32,000 nucleotides of DNA, from NCBI RefSeq assembly GCF_000196355.1, contig NC_007614.1, positions 3,120,001 through 3,152,000 of the forward strand. The letters run 5' to 3'. Positions within the stretch are counted from its first letter, which is position 1. Each line of letters begins with the position of its first letter. The stretch comes from Nitrosospira multiformis ATCC 25196. Lineage in GTDB: Bacteria > Pseudomonadota > Gammaproteobacteria > Burkholderiales > Nitrosomonadaceae. Shown in pieces: positions 27,540 through 32,000 of the stretch. Under the pieces are notes generated by a model. The model had not been told where the DNA came from. It worked only from the letters and a program-made list of their open reading frames with translations, and did not search any database. A program made the position numbers and the translations under genes.

Positions 27540-28295
27540 TCAGTGCCTGATCTTGTAGCCTCTTTTGAGCATTTGCAGCGTCAGCCATGATACCGCTATA
27601 AAGCACGTGGCTACAATGCCGAGACTGAAATAGGGTGAGATATCGGATGCGTGGAAAAACCCGTAGCGGAAACCATCGATCATGTAGAAAAACGGATTCA
27701 GGTGCGACAGGCCTTGCCAGAAGGGTGGCAATGAGGGAATTGTGTAGAAGACGCCGGATAAAAACGTCAGCGGCAGAATGACAAAATTCTGGAACGCGGC
27801 GAGCTGATCGAATTTTTCCGCCCAGATACCGGCAATGACGCCCATAGCTCCCAGCAATGCGCTGCCGATCAACGCAAACATCAGCACCCAGGAGAACGAG
27901 GACAGGGGCACATCGAAGAACACCAGGGTAACCAGGTAGACGCCCAGACCCACTGCCAGACCTCGCACGACCGACGCAGTGACGTAGGCGAAAAATATTT
28001 CGTGATACGAAAGCGGCGACAGCAGGATAAAAACCAGATTACCGGTGATCTTGGACTGGATGAGACTCGATGAGGAGTTGGCGAAAGCGTTTTGCAGCAT
28101 CGCCATCATCACCAGGCCAGGCACGAGAAAAACTGTATACGCAACACCGGGGTACGCTTGTACATGCTCTTCCAGCACGTGCGAAAAAATCAGGAGATAT
28201 AGCAGGGTGGATACCATGGGCGCGAATACCGTCTGGAATCCGACTTTCCAGAATCGCAGCAACTCCTTGTAGAGCAGTGTGAGAAACCCGGTCAT
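27540..28295 (-). CDS. ABC-2 type transporter permease
   Basis: Multiple TM segments, FQNFVILPLTFLSGVFYTIPSLPPFWQGLSHLNPFFYMIDGFRYGF. Overlaps the upstream ATPase gene by 4 nt. Confidence 0.92.
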   Translation of the reverse strand: MTGFLTLLYKELLRFWKVGFQTVFAPMVSTLLYLLIFSHVLEEHVQAYPGVAYTVFLVPGLVMMAMLQNAFANSSSSLIQSKITGNLVFILLSPLSYHEIFFAYVTASVVRGLAVGLGVYLVTLVFFDVPLSSFSWVLMFALIGSALLGAMGVIAGIWAEKFDQLAAFQNFVILPLTFLSGVFYTIPSLPPFWQGLSHLNPFFYMIDGFRYGFFHASDISPYFSLGIVATCFIAVSWLTLQMLKRGYKIRH

Positions 28296-29221
28296 ACGGA
28301 TAGGGCCTCGGGCTGCCTGATTTTGTGTGTGCCCATGATCCGTATGAATACCTCTTCCAGATCAGGCTGCAACACCTGCATCTCGAGTACTTGCAGTGCT
28401 GCTGTGCGCAATGTGGCCATGACCTGCTCGAGTTGGGAATACTCTGCCAGGGTCAGTATGTAGCAACCCTCTTCGCGGCTGCTCATTAGCGGTTGTAGTG
28501 CGGGAGGCAGCGTGTCGGGCATCAGCCGCAGCCGCACGAAACATCCCGATACGCTGCTGGTCAGGTTTCTGATGCTGTCTAGGGCAACGATATTGCCTTG
28601 CTTCATCATTGCCACGCGGCTGCAGAGCGCTTCCGCTTCCTCGAGATAATGAGTGGTCAATACGATGGTATGGCCTTCCCGATTCAACTGCTTGATGAAG
28701 CGCCAGAGTCCCTGGCGCAACTCGACGTCCACCCCGGCGGTCGGCTCATCCAGCACGATGACCGGCGGTTTGTGCACCAATGCCTGGGCCACCAGTACGC
28801 GCCGCTTCATGCCGCCTGAGAGCGCTCGCATGTTGGTATCGGCTTTATCCGCGAGATCGAGATGATGGATGATTTCCTCTATCCACGGGCCATTGTTCTT
28901 CAACCCGTAATATCCCGATTGAATGGCCAGGGTTTCGCGGACAGTAAAAAACGGATCGAAAACCAGCTCCTGCGGAACCACGCCCAGCATGCGTCGCGCT
29001 TCACGGTAATGGGAGACCACATCGTATCCCATCACCCGCGCCCGGCCGCTGGTTGCGCGGGTGAGCCCTGCCACGATGTTGATAAGCGTGGTCTTGCCCG
29101 CGCCGTTGGGGCCCAGCAAGGCAAAAAACTCGCCTGGGTCTACCTTGAGATCGATGCCCCCCAGAACTTGCAGTGCACCATAACGTTTGTGCATCTGCTC
29201 CACTTCTATGGCGGGTGTCAT
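28292..29221 (-). CDS. ABC transporter ATP-binding protein
   Basis: ALLGPNGAGKTTLINIVAGL, SGGMKRRVLVAQALVHKPPVIVLDEPTAGVD. Confidence 0.95.
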   Translation of the reverse strand: MTPAIEVEQMHKRYGALQVLGGIDLKVDPGEFFALLGPNGAGKTTLINIVAGLTRATSGRARVMGYDVVSHYREARRMLGVVPQELVFDPFFTVRETLAIQSGYYGLKNNGPWIEEIIHHLDLADKADTNMRALSGGMKRRVLVAQALVHKPPVIVLDEPTAGVDVELRQGLWRFIKQLNREGHTIVLTTHYLEEAEALCSRVAMMKQGNIVALDSIRNLTSSVSGCFVRLRLMPDTLPPALQPLMSSREEGCYILTLAEYSQLEQVMATLRTAALQVLEMQVLQPDLEEVFIRIMGTHKIRQPEALSV

Positions 29222-29360
29222 GTGGGGATAAAGGAGGAAGGAACCAAAACGAAACCGTAATGCATTCGCCAGAAGCCGGGGTGCAGGTGAGCAGGAAACA
29301 TACCGTTACGCGATTCCTTGGCGACAACTGATCTGCAAGCGGCAGACTGGTTTCTGCGAA

Positions 29361-29651
29361 TTATGCCCCACTCATCAATTCGGATACCCCGTACAGTTGC
29401 ACGAGGCTCTGCAGATTCCGGGACATATTGAGAAAGCGTATCTTGCGATGGTGGCGTGCTGCCTCGCGCCGCCATTCCAGCATTAAGCTGACGGCAGCGG
29501 AATCGGCTTCGGTAACCCGTCCCAGATCGATTATCACCTCTGCCCCGTCAAACAAAGCCACACCGTTCGCAACCACCGAAACGACGTTATCGATCGTAAT
29601 CGATCCTTCGACGCTGAGTTCCCCGCCCTCACGCCGGACGATAGTGGTCAT
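29361..29651 (-). CDS. mlaB: STAS-domain protein (MlaB-like)
   Basis: LDRVTEADSAAVSLMLEWRREAARHHRKIRFLNMSRNLQSLVQLYGVSEL-type STAS sequence next to mlaC. Confidence 0.83.
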   Translation of the reverse strand: MTTIVRREGGELSVEGSITIDNVVSVVANGVALFDGAEVIIDLGRVTEADSAAVSLMLEWRREAARHHRKIRFLNMSRNLQSLVQLYGVSELMSGA

Positions 29652-29654
29652 CGG

Positions 29655-30311
29655 CTACTGCGTGGCTACCGTCTTTAATTCGCCGGCTGCTTTTTTATCG
29701 TTAGCGGCCAGCGCACGGTTCTTGTCCCCGAGGGTTTTCAGTAATTTTTCCACACCGCCTTCACGCACCTGGCTATTGAACGTGCTGCGGTAATTCGTGA
29801 CGAGGCTTACGCCTGCCACTGTCACATCGTAGACTTTCCACCCGTCCCCTGTTTTTTCCATGCTGTAGTCGATATCCACGGGTTGCCCGCTATCCTGCAT
29901 GACTTTGGTTTTGACGGTGGTATCCGTGTCCTCTGCCTTGCTCCTGACCGGCTCAACCTTGATCTTGTAGTCACTGTAGGTACTGAGGGCATTGGAGTAA
30001 GTCCTCACTAGCAACGTACGGAACTCTTTCACCAATTCCTCCTGTTGCTGTGGGGTTGCCTTATTCCAGTTCTTGCCCATGGCGAGTCGGGTCATGCGGG
30101 TGAAGTTGAAATGCGGTAGAACCTTGGCTTCGACCAGATCAAGAATCTTGGCCATATTGCCCGCACGCAGCTCCTTGTCCTGCCGAACGATCGACAATAC
30201 TTCCTGAGCGGTGTTATCCACCAGCGTATCAGGACTGATTTCTGCGGCGGCAGCAGGGAATGCGACCAGCCAGGTTGCCAGCAGACCTGAGATACCAAGA
30301 TATTTTTTCAT
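29655..30311 (-). CDS. mlaC: MlaC-family phospholipid transport periplasmic protein
   Basis: Signal peptide, VEAKVLPHFNFTRMTRLAMGKNWNKATPQQQEELVKEFRTLLVRTYSNALSTYSDYKIKV, VDYSMEKTGDGWKVYDVTVAGVSLVTNYRSTF. Confidence 0.95.
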   Translation of the reverse strand: MKKYLGISGLLATWLVAFPAAAAEISPDTLVDNTAQEVLSIVRQDKELRAGNMAKILDLVEAKVLPHFNFTRMTRLAMGKNWNKATPQQQEELVKEFRTLLVRTYSNALSTYSDYKIKVEPVRSKAEDTDTTVKTKVMQDSGQPVDIDYSMEKTGDGWKVYDVTVAGVSLVTNYRSTFNSQVREGGVEKLLKTLGDKNRALAANDKKAAGELKTVATQ

Positions 30312-30469
30312 GATTTCCTCGCTTGATTAGACTGCTCAATACACGAAATGCTTATGCGGTTGCGCTTCCCGTGCCCGCATCAACTGCTCCTGCTTCCTGC
30401 CCGCAGGCCCTTATCCGTGAAATACGGGACACGGAGCCACCGCAGGCGTTGGACTTGTTACTGCCCTTT

Positions 30470-30955
30470 CTAGTTCTTGTCGGAATTTTCACTGCTGCCT
30501 CCTTCTGAGGCCTTATTGAACAAAAATTTCCCGATCATTTCTTCCAGAACAAGGGCAGAATTGGTTTTCATGATGGTGTCGCCATCCTTGAGCGTCGCTT
30601 CATCCCCCCCGGCAGCCAGGCCGATATATTGCTCCCCGATCAAACCGGAGGTAAGGATGCTGGCAAAAGTATCCTTGGGAAATTTATAACGGCTGTCAAT
30701 ATTCATGATCACCAGAGCGTCATATGTCTCCGTGCTGAACCGGATGTCCGTCACCCGGCCGACGACGACACCGGCACTCTTTACCGGCGCCCGCACTTTC
30801 AACCCTCCGATGTTTTCGAAGTTGCCTGTCACCTGATAGCTGTCACTCGCGCTATAAGTACCAAGATTGCCGACTTTCAACGCCAGCACGAGCAATGCGC
30901 CGATACCTGCCATGACGAACAGTCCTACCCACAAATCCATTGTTGCGCGCTGCAT
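30470..30955 (-). CDS. mlaD: MlaD-family MCE-domain protein
   Basis: MQRATMDLWVGLFVMAGIGALLVLALKVGNL...NIGGLKVRAPVKSAGVVVGRVTDI...LTSGLIGEQYIGLAAGGDE. Confidence 0.95.
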   Translation of the reverse strand: MQRATMDLWVGLFVMAGIGALLVLALKVGNLGTYSASDSYQVTGNFENIGGLKVRAPVKSAGVVVGRVTDIRFSTETYDALVIMNIDSRYKFPKDTFASILTSGLIGEQYIGLAAGGDEATLKDGDTIMKTNSALVLEEMIGKFLFNKASEGGSSENSDKN

Positions 30956-31752
30956 CAGCCCATTCCCCTGAACATGAACGAGGTCAAGATAAAATCGAGT
31001 CCAAGAATTGCGAGTGAAGAAGTCACCACGGTGCGGGTTGTGGCACCGGATACGCCCTCGGCCGTGGGCGCCGCATCATACCCCTCGAACACGGCGATTG
31101 CCGTCACCGCGATGCCGAAAACACAGGTTTTTATGATGCCGTTGACCACATCGTAGCGGAAATCGACGGCGCTTTGCATTTGCGACCAGAACGAACCTTC
31201 ATCCACTCCGATAAGTACGACAGCCACCAGATAGCCGCCATAGATGCCTATGGCGGAAAACAATGCTGCCAGCAACGGCATTGAAATCACGCCCGCCCAG
31301 AACCGGGGCGCGACTACGCGCGCAATCGGATCTACAGCCATCATTTCCATTGCCGCCAGTTGCTCGGTCGCTTTCATCAGCCCGATTTCCGCTGTGATTG
31401 CCGAACCGGCGCGGCTGGCGAACAACAGCGCGGACACTACAGGCCCCAATTCGCGTAGCAATGACAACGCCACCATGGTGCCTACCGCAGATTCTGCTCC
31501 ATAGCGCTGCAAGGTTTCGAAGCCTTGCAAGCCGAGTACCATGCCGACAAAAAGCCCTGACACGAGGATGATGATGAGCGACTGTACTCCGGTAAAATAA
31601 AGCTCCCGTATCACCAGGGTAAAGCGGCGCAGACTGGTCCCGGACTTGATCAAGGTCAGCAGGAAGAAACGGCTGGCGTAGCCCAAGCGCCAGATACTGT
31701 CTATGACGCGATGACCGACGCTCTGGATACCAGTTACGATACGCCTAGGCAA
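30955..31752 (-). CDS. mlaE: MlaE-family ABC permease
   Basis: LFVGMVLGLQGFETLQRYGAESAVGTMVALSLLRELGPVVSALLFASRAGSAITAEIGLMKATEQLAAMEMMAVDPIARVVAPRFWAG. Confidence 0.95.
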   Translation of the reverse strand: MPRRIVTGIQSVGHRVIDSIWRLGYASRFFLLTLIKSGTSLRRFTLVIRELYFTGVQSLIIILVSGLFVGMVLGLQGFETLQRYGAESAVGTMVALSLLRELGPVVSALLFASRAGSAITAEIGLMKATEQLAAMEMMAVDPIARVVAPRFWAGVISMPLLAALFSAIGIYGGYLVAVVLIGVDEGSFWSQMQSAVDFRYDVVNGIIKTCVFGIAVTAIAVFEGYDAAPTAEGVSGATTRTVVTSSLAILGLDFILTSFMFRGMG

Positions 31753-32000
31753 AACTGCCCTCCAGTTTCAGATCCTGCGCATAGGGCCTGGCGGGATAGT
31801 GAAACGAGACGGGACCGTCTTCTTCCCCATGAACGAACTGATGTACAAACGGTGCAACCGATCGGCGCACCTCGTCCGGCGTGCCATGGGCCGCAATCAC
31901 TCCGTCCGCGATGAAATAAACGTAGTCGACAATTTTCAAGGATTCCTGGACGTCGTGCGTTACGACGATGGAGGTCATGCCCAAGGCATCGGTCAGGCGT
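31745..32000 (-). CDS. mlaF: MlaF-family ABC ATPase, C-terminal part (5' end off the window)
   Basis: MTSIVVTHDVQESLKIVDYVYFIADGVIAAHGTPDEVRRSVAPFVHQFVHGEEDGPVSFHY, directly upstream of and overlapping mlaE. Confidence 0.92.
   Translation of the reverse strand, partial: RLTDALGMTSIVVTHDVQESLKIVDYVYFIADGVIAAHGTPDEVRRSVAPFVHQFVHGEEDGPVSFHYPARPYAQDLKLEGSFA

Noticed and set aside
30312-30469. Possible MlaA/VacJ remnant between mlaD and mlaC
   Set aside because: Translations of this 158-nt spacer show no MlaA features; it reads as an ordinary spacer.

Overview
This 32 kb window looks like a betaproteobacterial chromosome segment. Its gene content and order suggest Nitrosospira/Nitrosomonadaceae, but that is inference and was not checked against a database. 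Most of it is well-packed housekeeping DNA: yebC-ruvC-ruvA-ruvB(partial), thiO, tRNA-Lys(TTT), dnaE, yggS, ferredoxin-coaD-rsmD, two M16 peptidases, ftsY-ftsE-ftsX-rpoH, and an mlaFEDCB-type operon followed by an ABC ATPase/permease pair and bolA. The accessory stretch is about 3.9-13.4 kb. It holds a stand-alone HsdR-N-like PD-(D/E)xK protein beside tRNA-Lys, a decayed RHH antitoxin/PIN toxin pair, a PAS-PAS-GGDEF protein whose EAL domain is broken by frameshifts, a full DhaK-DhaL dihydroxyacetone kinase, a PEP-CTERM/PhoX-like protein with a structured GEMM-like leader, and several perfect inverted repeats. I found no CRISPR array, intact transposon, or convincing new multigene system. The most checkable oddities are the ruvC frame, which has no ATG/GTG/TTG/CTG codon able to start a catalytically complete protein (apparent ATC start), the vestigial toxin-antitoxin pair, and the possible c-di-GMP riboswitch upstream of the PEP-CTERM gene.
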